Of a stretch of DNA of 64,000 nt, positions 38,694 to 53,600 are shown in pieces (positions within the stretch are counted from its first letter, which is position 1; the number at the start of each line of letters is the position of its first letter). The stretch covers positions 9,208,451 to 9,272,450 of the forward strand of contig NC_134035.1 in the NCBI RefSeq assembly GCF_964204645.1, in the 5' to 3' direction. This DNA comes from Tubulanus polymorphus (Eukaryota; Animalia; Nemertea). The notes beneath the pieces are model-generated. The model saw only the letters and a program-made list of their open reading frames with translations, was not told the DNA's origin and did no database searches. A program made the position numbers and the translations under genes.

Positions 38694-41600
38694 CTGCAAC
38701 GAAATTTCAAAAAGTTCAATGAGAAAATTAAGCATTGTTCGAAATTGAAAAATATATTTCTCCGGGTGACACCACTTTCTGACCGCTTAAAAATCACCAG
38801 AGTTTTCCCTGAATTTTCTCATTGACACAAAATTCCCCGTGTGATTCAGAGGGATTTCTAGGTTTAAAATTTTTTAATCCATTCATTTTTCATTGAATCA
38901 CATATTGGTAAAGGCCATGCGGTCAGTAGCATTCCCTCAATCCAAATTCCCTCAATTTTCAAGGTTTTTGATAAAAATTGTCAAATTCCTGAGTTTTCCC
39001 TGATTTTTTTTCTAGATCTTTATGATTCCCTGAGTTTTCCTGGTTTTCCAGGTCAGCAGTGGCGCCACCCCGCTTCTCAAAATGAATTACACACTTACAG
39101 GAGCATGATTAGGATAGACAGATACGCCCCCTGGCGGTCGATAGCCTTCGTCGAGCGCTTGTTGACGAGTTTCTTCAAATGTGGCGTACGGACGCATGTC
39201 ATTCATTTGTATATCTTCACCCTGAAAAAAATGAGGTATCTTCCATGAATTCGATGTATTCATTGAAAGTCACAATGGCAGGAGGGACACCATTTTTTTC
39301 TAAATCTGTATTACGAAGGGGGGCAAAATTAATCAAATAAATCTTATTTCACCTGGTATGCACAAAATGCTTTTAAACTTATTAAGTGAAGGGTGGAAGA
39401 ATTTCAAGGATATTTTGACTAAGGGAAAATTTGTCTTTTGTGGTGCATATTCAGAGATGAGCACCAGGGAGAGGTAATATTGCAAACCAATTATAACAGA
39501 TGCCAAAATGATTCTTTAAAAGATTCTTTACAGAAAACTCTTAAAGATTTTGAGTGTCATCTAAACATTTTTGTCGATCATGTCATTACACGCATCAACC
39601 AAGCATTTCGGATATAATCATATGTCCTCGATATTATTTCGTTTGCATGTCATCCAATAGATGTCGCTGCTCAGCATTCAAACCAAACACGGCAGCTCCG
39701 CAGAAGGTGGAATGATAACTAGAGCTTTTGGAAATCGTGAATTTTTTGTGCAATCTATGGAAACACTGGGACGATGAACTCCTGAAACTGTAAAGTCGGT
39801 GTTATACTTACCAGTCTATCGTTATAAGGATCGTAGCGTTGTTGCTCGTTTCGGTACCGATCGTCATGCCCCTCGTAGGCGCCGTTATCGCGAGCGTACG
39901 GCTGAGCGCGCGGGTCAAAACGATCGTCCATTAGAATACTGTGTCGTTCGTTCGTCGTCGTATGTCCGTACGGGTCGTCGCGTCCGAAACTCTCGTTCAG
40001 ACGGGGGTCGTAGTGGTCACCGGGTCCGAGGTTATAGTTGCCGCCGCGATCGACCTCGTCGCGTCCGGCGTCGTATTGCGGATTACGACGACTGTACGGA
40101 TCTGCGTTATATTGATCTTCCGGACGAATCGTAGGAACCGTCGTCGTGCCGACGTGGTTGTTATACTCGGGAGGAAGCGTGCTGTAATTCGACGGAACTG
40201 AAAAGTGAACGTAACGACAACAATTACATCAATCCTTCACCAACAAAACTATCTGGAATTTGAGTTCGAAGCAATATTTTCAAAGAAAAAACTCTCATTC
40301 ATGAATCAGAGAGTAATGACGTCTAGACTCAATTCTATGAGACATATTAACTACTCACATTTTTTTTCTTCATAATTGTGAGATTTTTGTCCTAATGAAT
40401 CATTATTCTATAAGCAATGAATGCTTATAGAAGCGACAGTCGCTTCTGTCTATGAAAACCAATAAACCAAGATGTCTCCAGGCCATGGAGCCAGTTGCTT
40501 TTTTGAGACTTAGAATGAAGCTTAGTCTTAATCAATAGCCAATCAAGGCCCAGTTAGACAGAAGGGCTTACCAAAATTCCATATATTCATCCCGAATTAA
40601 GACAAAAGTGATTACAAATTTCAAATCTAATCGACCAACTTGCCTCTACGCGATAGATTCGAATGTATCTCACTAACCGGTCAGTAAAACTGAAAGACTC
40701 TTTTAACACTTACACGAAGATTGCTGATCTTGTTTGTTGCGTTGAATCGGTTGCATCGTTTTTGTGTTATAATCGTTCGAACCACCTCCTTGAGTTTGCT
40801 TCGGTCGGAACAACGTACTGTTACCATCCAACTGTTTACCTTGAGCATTTCTATCATGAAAATGAAACAAGAATGTGAACTGTTGAGCAGTAAGGCAAAT
40901 ATTTGGGAAATTCTTCACGCAAAATAATGCCTTTAAACATCCTGAAATTTGTCAGTTCATACCAAGTTTCTCATTTTGCCACCCATTTGAGGATTTACCC
41001 TCTAGAGGTTACTTTGATACCTGGTTTATCTCAGGTGGCCACTTTCGACCAATTTACGAATTACCCGATTTTTACCATGTTATAACAGAAAATTCCCCGC
41101 GTAAAGTCGAGAAATTTCTTGGTAAAAAATATTACAATTCATTCATTTTTAATTGAATCGTGTACTGATAAAAAACACATGGTCAATAGCATTATCCAAA
41201 TTATCAGGTAAAGTTAGTCAAATCTCCTGAGTACTCCCCGATTTTTCCTAGATTTTTCTAATTTCCTAGAGTTTTCCAGGTTTATATAATATAATATAAT
41301 ATAATATAATATTAGCGGTTACGTACTTGGGAGCCATTGTTTTCGTGATGAAATGTTGTTCTTTGAAGCCTCGTCGTTTGTATTCAGGATGCAAGGCTTT
41401 GAACTGCCACATCGCGAACAAAACCGTCGACGCGAACTTCACGACTTTAGCGTTGAATTTATTCCGCGAACGCGTTATATTCACCAGTTTCTGTACGCCA
41501 TTCTCCTCCAACAGTGATCTGAAATAGAACAAATTCATTTTCTTAGCATGTTTGCAGCTGCCACTTTCCAACCATTTCTAAATTCCCTGATTTCTCCATG

Positions 41601-44600
41601 TTATAACACAAAATTGTATAAACATGAATGAATCTGCCGCAGAAAACTATAGGTTTGAAATGTTAAAGTTCACTCTTTTTTCGCATGAATCTGAATTTCC
41701 TGAATTTTCCAGGTTTTTCAGATTTTTTTTCTCGATTTGTCTGATTCCCTGAATTTTCCAGGTCTGTGTTTCTGCCCAGGCACAACTACAAGTTACCGGT
41801 ATCTCATAGTCGGCAGTAGAGCTATTACAAAGTCAGCCGTTGTTTAAATTGACCAATGGGCATTGAGAATGAAGCAGAGTTTGTACACTATGCCAGGAAC
41901 AAACTACGTCATTCCCGATTGGCAGATTGCATACATGAAACAGTGAATAAGAAGGATCAGCTACGGAAATATGTCCTCATTATCTCTTTAACTCTATTCT
42001 AACTATAGTTACGATACTTACTGGCAGAAATCAGGGTTTTTACGCACGACCTCGTAAAGGGTAGCGAGTACGGCTGCTATCGTATCGTCGGATGGAGGGT
42101 ATTCTACTTGTCCAATCGGTAGTTTAGAAACCAATTGTCGCATCGCGTATTTACCTTTAGAAGAGAGTTATGAACCATATATCAGTTATAACGAACACGA
42201 CTCAAAACTTAAGATTATCATTAGTTCGCAATAAAACCTCATTTTCAATGAAATCCCCTATTAATTTTCGATGTAAGAATTGCTTTTTTTCAAAATCTTA
42301 AATAGTGATTGACCCTGTTATTGTTTGGTAGATGGGGCTTGGCCTTAAAACAAACTACACCTGCCAGAAGTGACACACAGAGTTTGATCAATTTTTATCA
42401 GCTTCAAGCAACTAGACCAAGTTGCAAGAATATGTTTTCATATCATAAGATCTTAAATCGTTAGGTTGGTTATAGACTGATCTTGAATCTAAGCAGTGAC
42501 CGTGCAAGAATTCATAATTTTTTCGGGTTTTGAAGTATCACCATTATAAAGCTCCAGAAATGAGTAAAAAATATAAACTGCAGATTCAAAGAATATTTGA
42601 TAAGAAATGCAAAGAGATATTGATCACTCACCGATAAGTTCTTTATTACGCTCGTCAATAGCTAGATTACGTAACGCAGTAGCAGCTGCGCACACCACGC
42701 GATCAGCTTCTATTGTTAACAGTTCTACGATAATCGGTAATCCTTTCTCTTTACGCACGGCTGCTCGAATATCAACGGACGGCTGCAAAAAATTGAAAAA
42801 CAAATTGATCATTACTTTTCAGAACTGTTCTTAATTCTCGTACTGGATGAAATCTTGGAACCAATTGATGTCATGACTTGAAGTGGTTTTAAATCTTAAG
42901 AATGGTCTTAACCCTTTCAGTGCTAACTAATTAATGGCCAAAAGTGCTCGAGATTATTTCAAAATTTAACAAAATTTCATCCAAGTGTGTTGAATAATGG
43001 GCATTCCGTTTCAATGCATCTACACCTCAGCGCGGCGTATCGTTAGTTACTAATATTTCACTACGTTTGACAGGTGCTTCCATCTTTCAATAGAGGTAAA
43101 AATTAATTACTAATAACATCAATACACTGCGATGCATGCACTAGCAAAAGTCAATCACCAGTTTATACACCGCACAGTGGTGTAGACACACTGAAAGGGT
43201 TTAGTTGTTAGATTAGCTATAGAACATAAACCACGCCTGTGGAGCCGACCCCAGATATCTTACCGTCCAGTCGCCGGCCGAGAGGTTCTGTATGGCGCCA
43301 GCTGCCGCTTCTAACGTCTCCGGATTCGAACAATCCGACAACAATGGAAGATAAATATACACTACGTTCGGTTGCCACAGCAATTCCATTCCCTTTATCG
43401 GTTCGGTGCGCGGCCGATTCGGGTCGAATTGACGACCGCTGAAAATGAATGAAGATTGTCCCGATCAAACTTAGTTTATTTTCAATTAATTGACCTTCAT
43501 AGCTTAATTAAGGCGCACGGACAATAATATATATATATATATATACATAGATTCCCTTCCCCGTAAAAGTGCTACCTTTGATAACCACTATCTGACCTAT
43601 TTCTGTGGTCTATCGTGGCCGGATCTTTTTCTTTTTTCTTCTTGCTTCCACCGAAACAACCACTTTTTCCTGAAATAATGAAACATAATGAAACGTGAAA
43701 AACGTTTACAATATCTACATAATTCATTGAATCAAAACTATTTTCAGGGTCCCTATAAATGAGTCATTCCTGGATATAAGGAGTTTTTAGGTAATTTTAA
43801 AGGAGAACAATTCAAATTTCAAAAGGAAGCATCTGCATCACTTTCCGATCTCAATTACAGTAGGCTCATCCTGAATCGGTAATGTTTATCTCGGTAAACC
43901 ATTAATTCGATGGTTTTGTAAGCAAATTTTCATCCTTTACACACTAAACTCTGTTTTTAATTTGGTAACCACCTAATAGAGTAACAGGAAGATCCAGGCA
44001 CTAAACCAAAAACACAGAAATTAACATGAATGTATCAGGTATCATTTTGAAACTACAGACCGATATAAACGCGAACGTACCTTCTTTAGGCTGTTGCGTT
44101 TTTTGTTGAGGTTGACGTTTACGGAAATAATCCGGATCGGCGACTTCTTGACACCCGTAGCATAGATTACGCAATATACACACGATATTCTCCACCGATT
44201 TATTATCGATGTCGTTTTTACCGATCGCCTGTTGAATGATCAACATTAAACTGTCGGGTAAACCTTCGCATTCTCGCAGCTTCTTTCGCGCGTAGTCACC
44301 GTCAGAGCTCACGTTACTGCAATCGTATAAAACAAAATTCAATGAAGAGATGAGAGCGAATCGGAGAATGGAATTAACCCTTTAACAGGGTGGCCACTTT
44401 CGCCAATTTAGAAAAATACCCTGGGGCTGGATGTATAGACTGGTATTGCCTTTAACCCTGTTGAAAATGGAATGAGTTAGCCCCCGGGTTAAAGTAAATA
44501 CCAGTCTATAAAACTGGATGGAATAACCCTTTAACAGGGTGGCCACTTTCCCCAATTTACAAATACCCTGAGGCCAGTTGCACAGTCGTGACTTAAGTCC

Positions 44601-47600
44601 AAAAGTGGTCTTAAATTTGTTAGATTGGCTATTGGACTCAGTTGGTCTTAGACTGGTCTTAAGTCTAAGCCATGACTCTGCAACCGGCCCCTGGGGCTGG
44701 ATTTTTAGACTGGTATTGCCTTTGACCCTGTTGAAAAAGAAATGAGTTAGCTCCCGGGTTAAAGTAAATACCAGTCTATAAAAATGGCCCTGAGTTTTCA
44801 CTGATTTTTCCATGTAATAACACAGAATTCCCGGAGTGAATCGGAGAAATTTCTGGGTTAAAAACATCACAATTTATTCATTTGGCCCTAATATTCACTG
44901 TTTGGATGATTGAAAATATATTAGTTCCAAAAATTCAATTATCCAAACAGTCAATATTTGGGCCAAATCAAGGAATCGGACGGAGAAGAATGGTAATAGA
45001 ACATACCGTAGTGTACCACTGGCATTTCTGAACACCGTTGACCACTGCATATCTTGTCGTAACGTCGACCCGTCGGGGCTCCAGCCGGAATGAGGTATTA
45101 TCACATTGTTTACAATCACCGTTAAAGCATCATCTATGATAGGTTTTTTCAAGTCCTATCGAAAAAACAATCGAGCATTTGAATCATTCGCAATTCATGA
45201 ACCAGTTTCATTTATATCAGTTATGAGTAAAGATTTTACTCTTAACCCTTTCAGTGCGTCTACACCGCAGTGCGGTGTACGAATCAGTGATGGATTTTGC
45301 TAGTACACCGCACTGCGGTGTATTGATTTAATTAGTAATTACTAATTATCTCTCTCGAAAGATGGCAGCACCTGTCAAACATAGTGAAATATTAGTAACT
45401 AACAATATACCGCACCAGGGTGTAGACGCACTATAGTGCTATTCCCGTTATTCAACACACTAGGGTGGAATTTTTCAGAATTTTCAAATTATCTTCAGCA
45501 CTATTGGGTATTAATTAGCCAGCACTAAAAGGGTTAAGGTGAACATTTTGAAAATTGATAACCTCAACTCAAACTTCAAATGGAACTGGGTCCCTAACTA
45601 ATAAATCAGAAATCAAGGGTATGAATCTAGGGAACTCCTTTCACGTTGTATTTTAGTCAACATCGAGCAAATGCAATCAGTATTTATCAAACTCAATGGC
45701 CGTGAAACCGTTGAATATTTGAAATTTCGAACTGATATTTTTCATACCTTACAAGATGATAAATTCCATAGATTAGCCGTTACTAATTCACGCACGTCAC
45801 TGTCCGGTGATTTACGTAATAATCGAACCAAAGCCGGAATTCCATCCGCATTTTTAATCGCTCTCTGAAATTTGAGAATCAGTAAAATTATCCTAAGTTA
45901 ATCTTAAATTCAATCTTCAAGTAAATTCTCAATATTTTGTGCGTGTTTTTGTACCTTGTTATCATCATTTTCTCGTCCGTACGAAAGATTTCTCAAAGCA
46001 CCGCAGGCGCTTTTATGAACTTCAGGTATTTCGTTATCGAGCAGTTCGACTAGAGGCGGTATTCCTCCAAGACCCCTGTAAACACATAAACAAATACAAA
46101 CCATTGAATAATCCCGCTCATATCATAATGAGAGACCCACATTATCAATTCAAGTAACTCATAAAATTGATGAGTAAAACTAACAGTTGATGATAAAACA
46201 GTTTATTCAGTAGTCGGTGGTAGGTGGAGCGGTGTGGCCGAATGGTCAGAGTATTCGACCCTGGGAAGGCAGGTCATGGGTTCCAACCCCGTATATTTAC
46301 TGTAGCGTGCTCGGGCAAGACACATATCGTCATTGCCTCTCTCTGCCCAGGAGTAAATGGCTACCTGGCCTGATTCCTGAGTGCCTAGCGGCTGCTCGGA
46401 TGTTGCTTCTCCCAAGGAAGAGACAGGGAGGGGGAAATGAATTCAAATCCATGATCAAAACTCAACTATTCCATGCATACCTTGATGTTACCCTGGAGGA
46501 GCGCATTTGAACTTAGCTTTGTCGCATGGAATTATCGCGCTATATAAATTTTATTATTATTATTATTATTATTAAAGTTCTGAGACCTGAAAAGTTCAGA
46601 GCAGCTTTGCTGGATTTAGCGCTATATAAGACACATTATTATTATCATTACAGATATCATTTTTAGTCAAAATTTCGAAACCGTCTGAATAAAACCGTTA
46701 TATCATAAAACTGTGAATTCGCATGCGAGTACGGTACTGACCTAGTTTTAGCTTTGACGTCGTTATTATTGAAGACGAGATGTTGTAAATACGCGGCGGC
46801 GTTCGCCTTGATGTTGTTACTGGGATGACTGAGAAACTCGATCACTTCTACTAAACTCGGATCGCGCCATAAACGTTCTGAAAATTCATTAAACAAATTA
46901 CGATCAAAATATTACAAATCGAGACGAGTGAGAAACTTTTGTAGTCTTATAGTCTTTGCGGTTTAAACATAAACCAGTTCATCCAAAATGCAAAACATGT
47001 ATATTTCTGTGACATGGGCTTTTCCTTAACCTTTTTGCTGAATTGTGATGCGCGGGGTCCTTGGGTCAAAATATCAAAGCCCAGCTCATCATAATGCAGC
47101 GAAAAGGTTTAATCAATCTCCGATGTATAAGAGATAATGTTAGAAATGCATAGGGATGCTCTAGGGATGGTCTAAGCATGAAAAAGAAGCACAAATACGT
47201 GCTGGTTTGGCATCCAGTTGGCAGCTAACATGTTTCAGTTCATACAAAATGTATGAACAGTTATAATGCACAGAATCTGGCAGTACTTCGCGAAGAATTG
47301 TTTTACCTTTAGTTTCACTGTCGATGGAAGGAGATCGTGGAACTGGTGGAGGCGCGTTGACGTTCATCGCGTCCTCTCGCGGAATGTCATCGGGATATGT
47401 TAACCGAGGGTCATACCGAGGGTCATCGTCGTCGTCGTAGCCGTGAGGACCGTTATCGTAGCCCCGCGGGGCGTCATTGTAGCCCCGTGGGGCGTCGTCG
47501 TAACCCCGTGGAGCGTCGTCGTAGCCTCGTGGAGCGTCGTCGTAGCCCCGTGGGCCGTCGCCGTAACCCTGCGGTGCGTCATCGTAGCCGCGTGGTACGT

Positions 47601-50600
47601 CGTTATAGCCCTGCGGACCATAACCTTGTGGACCTAAACAAGTAAAATTTCAGAAATCATTCTATAAGGTTTTGTGAGGTCACTGAGAAAAACAATGGAA
47701 CAGAGAGATTTCAAGCATCGATGAAATTAGTTGACAATAAAACATGAACCACACCAGACAAATTCCTTGATGATAGTTTTTGATGATAGAGGCAAGCTGC
47801 TCAGTCATGCTGTAGGCTTTAGACATTGTGGCTACTAAAGTAGCAAGGTTAAGCTAAATTATGGTGCAATCTTCGATTTTTCAATTCAGCTCAATATATT
47901 TCAAAGCAATTATCTGCATTGATAGAATATCGACATCCACTCTAGTAGGGGCAGCAGATATTCTATAAGGGGTGGCTGATTTTCAGGGCGATGGATGTAA
48001 AAATGAAAGGGGTGGCCACCCCCTCTAAAACTGTTGAGGAATACACTTGAACACCGGAATACCAACTTAGTTCTATAGCTAATCTAACAACTTAAGACTG
48101 CTTTTGGACTTTGAGTCACCACAGCGCATCTGGGGCCCGGGATCACCAACTTTGTAAAACTGTCAAATTTAGAAAGTGGGACTCGAACTTTTTGGTAAAT
48201 CAATGATTCTTACCGTTGCCGTAACGCTCACTGCCGATTGGGGAGGGTGATCTCTGAACACCGCCGTATCGGTCATCGCGTACCGGTATATTGCGTAATC
48301 CGTCGCTGTGATCCGGTTGGTAATCCGGGTAATCGGACGAGTAATTATTCAACGCTGGTGGTTTCGATTTATTCACGACTGCGTACGGAGGTTCGTGCGA
48401 GAAACTGTGATTATGTTGATCCGGTAATGGATGCCTGTCGAATAGATAGAAAATATCAACAATCAGAGGTTTTTTCACTCTTTTTTTCATCAGTATCTGA
48501 TGGTCCCTCTTGGCCCAGTTGCACAGTCATGACATAAGTCTCAAGTGACAAGTCTCAATAAGTCTCAATCCACAACTGATCTTAAATCTTAAGACTCATC
48601 TTAAATTGTTAGATTGGCTGCAGAAACAAAATGAGCTTAGACTGGTCTTAAATTTTAAGCCACCACTGCGCAACTGACCCATGTATTGATATTATTGTAT
48701 TATTAATACCCTTAAGTGATGGAGATAATGTGAAAGTTTTTGAAAGATTTCATCCCAATGCATTAAACAACAGGAACACTGCTAAAGTGCATCTCTCTGC
48801 GGTGTACTGTTAGTTACTTATATAAAATGTGTTTGACAAGAGCTGCCATCTTCCAATAGAGTACATTCCATTGCATGTACATCAATACACTGCAGTGTGG
48901 TGTACTAGCAAAGTCCATCATCAACTCATACACCACACTGCAGTGTAGACGCACTGAATGAGATATTGAACTGACCTATAATTAAAATCATTATCATTCG
49001 GCGGGTTGCTGTAACTGTCATCGTGTCGCGGCCGCGCCGGAGCGAACTGGCCGCCGTCATCCTCCGGATATTTCCGATACGTCTGGTCATCCGGGTAACG
49101 ATCCGGGTAGTCGTCGTAGTTACCGCCACGTAATCGACCGGTATCGACCGGTGAATTGCGGTAATCGTCCGGGTAATCCTGGTAACTATTACGCGGGTGG
49201 TAGGGGTAATCGTCGGGTTGTTGAAGACTATAGTTATTTTGCGTCGTACTGGAGGGTCGGTCCGCGTATTGTTGCGATAAACTGGTCGGTCGATCGGAGT
49301 ACTGGTTCAAGCTGGACGGCGGACGGTCGCTGTACTGACTGATACTCGTCGGGCGTTGAGGCGCATAATCTCTACAATAAAACAGAAATCAAGTTCATAC
49401 ATCATCACAATCTATGAACCAGGATAGTATGGTTGTGTCAGTGAGGTCAAAAAACTATAAATGAACAGGAAAGTGAACTCCTCCTCTGCTAGGCACCGTT
49501 AATGATCTTGTGTCTAGTCTTATGTTCAGAGAACTCACTGTTAGCGATAAACAATAGATTTTCTAGACTGGTTGCCACTCTCTATTCATAATTAGCGTTT
49601 TTCACGATTTGTGTCGGTCTTAAAACTTCACCAAATCTTGAAAAACTGACTCTACAGATTTGGGCGTAGTTTAATGTCTTTCAAAGTATCAAATTGCCTA
49701 TTTCAGAACGAGTTTTAAAGGAGTTTCTGACAATTTTCTCAAGTTTCAAGCGCCTTCAAAAGCATTTTCCATTTAAAAGGAGTTTTTAAGGAATCAAGGA
49801 GTTGTAGGGACCGTGTAACATAAATATAAATTCAATCTAAAATGCTACAAACTAAACACAGCAATCAAAACTCAAATGTGCCTCTAGTTGATCAAAGGCT
49901 GTTATTGTTAATCAGTGTGAACCAAAATAGCTTCAGATTTTATTTTCAACAGCATTTGAACAATAGGCCACTTCATGCACATACATAACACAAATTCAGA
50001 CCAAAAATTCAAAACTACTCTATCAAAATTTAGTGTCATTTCAAAAAAAACAAACTGAAGATAACAGAGCAAACAAGTACAGACAGGTGCAACGATCACT
50101 GAGCAAATTTATGAAAATTGGTTCCAGGCATCGCATCAAATGATCCAGTGACCACATCGTAAAAGGTTGAGCAAATTGAGAGAAAACCCACAATATCAAT
50201 TTAAACTGTTATTGCTTGTTTGCTTATGTTTTGTGTATAATCCTTCCACAGAACCCATCCTCAGAGTTTATTTTAAATATAACATTTTTCAAACTAAACT
50301 CTCAATGGTTGTTTAAATAGACATTATGGGTTTTGTCTTAATGATTGATATTCATCAAAACTGGAAACAGTCTCAACTTTTTACGAAGTTGAGAGTTATA
50401 CCTTTCATTCATTTGAAGTAAACGTAAAAAGAAAAACAGAAGCTAACCTAGGATCAAAATCAGATTCAAAATACTGGTGCTGCACAGCAGGCAAAGACGT
50501 GCCACCAGCGGGATCAAAGTATTCAAACCTGTCGCTAGCCGAACCGGGTACTGCCTCCGACGGGTATCCGTAATAGCCGGCGTTCGGACTGTGAGATCGC

Positions 50601-53600
50601 TGACCGTTCGGACTATCGGTAGTCGACTGAAAGCTGTATTCGCGCGAGTACGAACCGTGGACCGGTGAATCACGATTCGATACGGTTGTAACGGTCGTCA
50701 CCTGGGGAAAAAAAAACGCAACGAAATTTACAACCACTTTATAAATGGATAGATCTGAACTCGCGATCCAGTTTCACAGTAGTGAGTAAGACTTAACCCG
50801 GAGCTCAAATGATTTCATTTTCAATGAGTCAATTTAAGAGTCACTAAAAACTGTTTTAGCTCACAACTGTGTGATTAAATCCAGTTCTACTACAGTTGTG
50901 ACTCGAGTTAGAACTTCTTAGTTCATTTCCGAAAGGTTGAATTTCAACGCAGGGGCTGCAGACGCTGGAAAGTTGGTTAGAGTAAACCAGCGGATAGTTG
51001 ACAAAAGTGACAATCAAAACTGAATTGTTACAACATCTATCTGCCGGTAATCTTTAACCATTTTCTAAGCAAGTGGCCCCAGAACTGTGAACTCGGAACT
51101 GGGTCCTGAATCGAATTCGAGAGAACATTGTGAAAATATGACTGTAGAGTTGACGTTTTCAGTGCTGACAAATGAACTACCCGAAAGAGCTAGAGAGGAT
51201 TTGAAAAATCCAACCCCACTGTCGAATAACGGGCATACCGCTTTAGTGTATGCCGCGGTGTATCATTAGTAACGGTACAAATATTTCAGGAAGTTCAACA
51301 GGTGCTGCCATCTTTCAATATAGATAAAAACTAATTATTGTACCAATAACATCTGCACTGACAGGGTTTTAACTAAGTGAAAATGAGTTTATAGGAATTT
51401 TAAACTCTATATTCAAATTTTTTAAACTCTATATTCAAATTTGATGCAGAACTATGGAGCTGGGTTCTTAGTACTAACGTAACCCCCGGCCAACACGTAT
51501 GAATTTTCAGTGTCATCACCACAGGTTTTCATTAATTTCGAAATTACTGTGAATTTTTCTGAATTCTCGCGAGAATTTCCGTAAAACTAGTCTTAAATAA
51601 TCGAAGAAATCCCATTCGAAAATTCGAATTTTTATACAATAGAATTTATTAATTCAATGATAATATAATGAATAATAATAATCTGATAAATGAATTGTTG
51701 GATTTCTTCTATTATCTACAGTGTACACGGATTAGAGGCAAAACCAGTCTCGTTGTAACAGCGAAATAATCCGAACTTACCGTTTTTCGTTCCTCTCTGC
51801 GCATCATTCTCTGAGACTCGTTGCTGTGCGTGGATAACTGCGGTGAATGTGGCGACGGTATCTGACCGCGGTAGTTGTCCAGCCCGGGAGGCGGACGGTT
51901 GTGACTGCGTAGAATATCTTCGGGTATCTGTTCTAAAGGATCATCACTGAAACACAACGTTTAAACAACACAGATGAGCATGAGTCTGTAAATAGTTCAG
52001 ACTATTACAAGTCTTGATGAATATCATTAAGAGTAACCCACAATATCAATTTAAACGACTATTATTGTTTTTTTTTACTTACGCTTTGGGTGGAATCATT
52101 CCACCCATCTTCAGAGTTTATTTGAAAACGAATTCTTAAGAAATTCAAATAATTTTCACATCTGAAGATGCGTGGAAGGGTTTCACTCGAATGTAAGAAA
52201 ATAAACCAATGCAAGTTGTTTAAATTCATATTTTTGTTTTCTCTGAGTCTGTGTAGCAACAATAATATAAAATCCCAAGATGAAAAAACATAGAGTTTGA
52301 AAAGTTTCTGCGAGCTAATGGTTTATTCAACGTCTCAACCAGAAGATGACTATTAAGATAAGGTCGAACTGTTGAATAAACTATTAGCTCAACGAAAGAC
52401 TTTAAAATTATCTTATATTGTGGGATTGAACATTACCGGCATCATAGAGATGAATAGTGCCGTTACTCCGTACTTACCCTATGTTCATAACCCCTCTCTC
52501 CTGAAGCACTCGCCTGTAAAATATCAATCAACGATTACATTAACATCATCAAATAAACTCCAGCTGAACGGGGAATCAGCAGGAATCGAAATAAATTTGG
52601 TCAACTTGTTTGCGACGCTACTATATACCGAGCCAAATTATTGGTGACCACAGGGTTGTTGACAGAAATCACATAGAGTTACTGATACTTTATTGTTTCG
52701 TGAAATGCCCCCCCCCCACCCAGGGAGCAAATAATCATTGCTATTACTTGATTAATAGTAATTATTACCGCTATTATTTGACTTGCCTTTTTCCGGACTA
52801 TTCCCTGACATGTGAATTGTTTTCTCAAACTTGATCTCCAGAACGATTAACTAAGTCAAATAGTAGAAGATAGACGGGAATCTGTTTTTGATTTTAAGCG
52901 CGATCTCAACAAATTTCCCCGACTTATAGCTTATTACAAAATTCCCTGAATCTTTTAACGAAAAGAAAACTACCTGAATTATCCCTGATTTCCCGGTAAA
53001 TGGGCAACCGGGCGATGTAGAGATTGAAACTCCAATTCTATCAAGCGGTAACTTCTAATACAACTCTAATAAACGCGTATTAATTATAAATGAATTACTT
53101 CAGTTATTCTTATACGTATGTTAAATGTACACGTTTTTATAGGTGATCGAGAGACATAGCCGTGAGTTTAATTGCTTATTAATAACCACCCTAGTAATGC
53201 GTGCATGTCTCCGCGATACAATACATTATTATATCGATTGAAAATATACAACAAACGACAAACGAAGCGTATGTAGACCATCTCTAGAGGCGCTTGCGTT
53301 AAATAGAATGTCGAAGCTTGCCGAAGAACCCATACTTCAAGACGTTGTACTCAAACACTTATATATCAACTAAGAATATATAGATTTAGATCTGCATTTT
53401 ACGTATATACGAGTCAAAGCTTCTAAAGTATAACATAACCACAGCGATCTGTTAGTGAAGTCTACCGCGGTTTCGGAAACGGTTCATCGAAATAAGACAC
53501 CGCTCGGACTAGTGCGGATACAGGGACAGGAGCACAAAGAAATGAAAAGGGTGTAGAGTTAAATAGGGGAAGCTGTTTCAATCCCGGCAGGTGTGGTGGG

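Noticed and set aside
39799-40201. Plus-strand ORFs here and at 47397-47645 and 48238-48537
   Set aside because: Antisense shadows of GC-rich catenin exons.
44382-44870. 162-aa ORF
   Set aside because: Runs through duplicated nested MITEs in a catenin intron.
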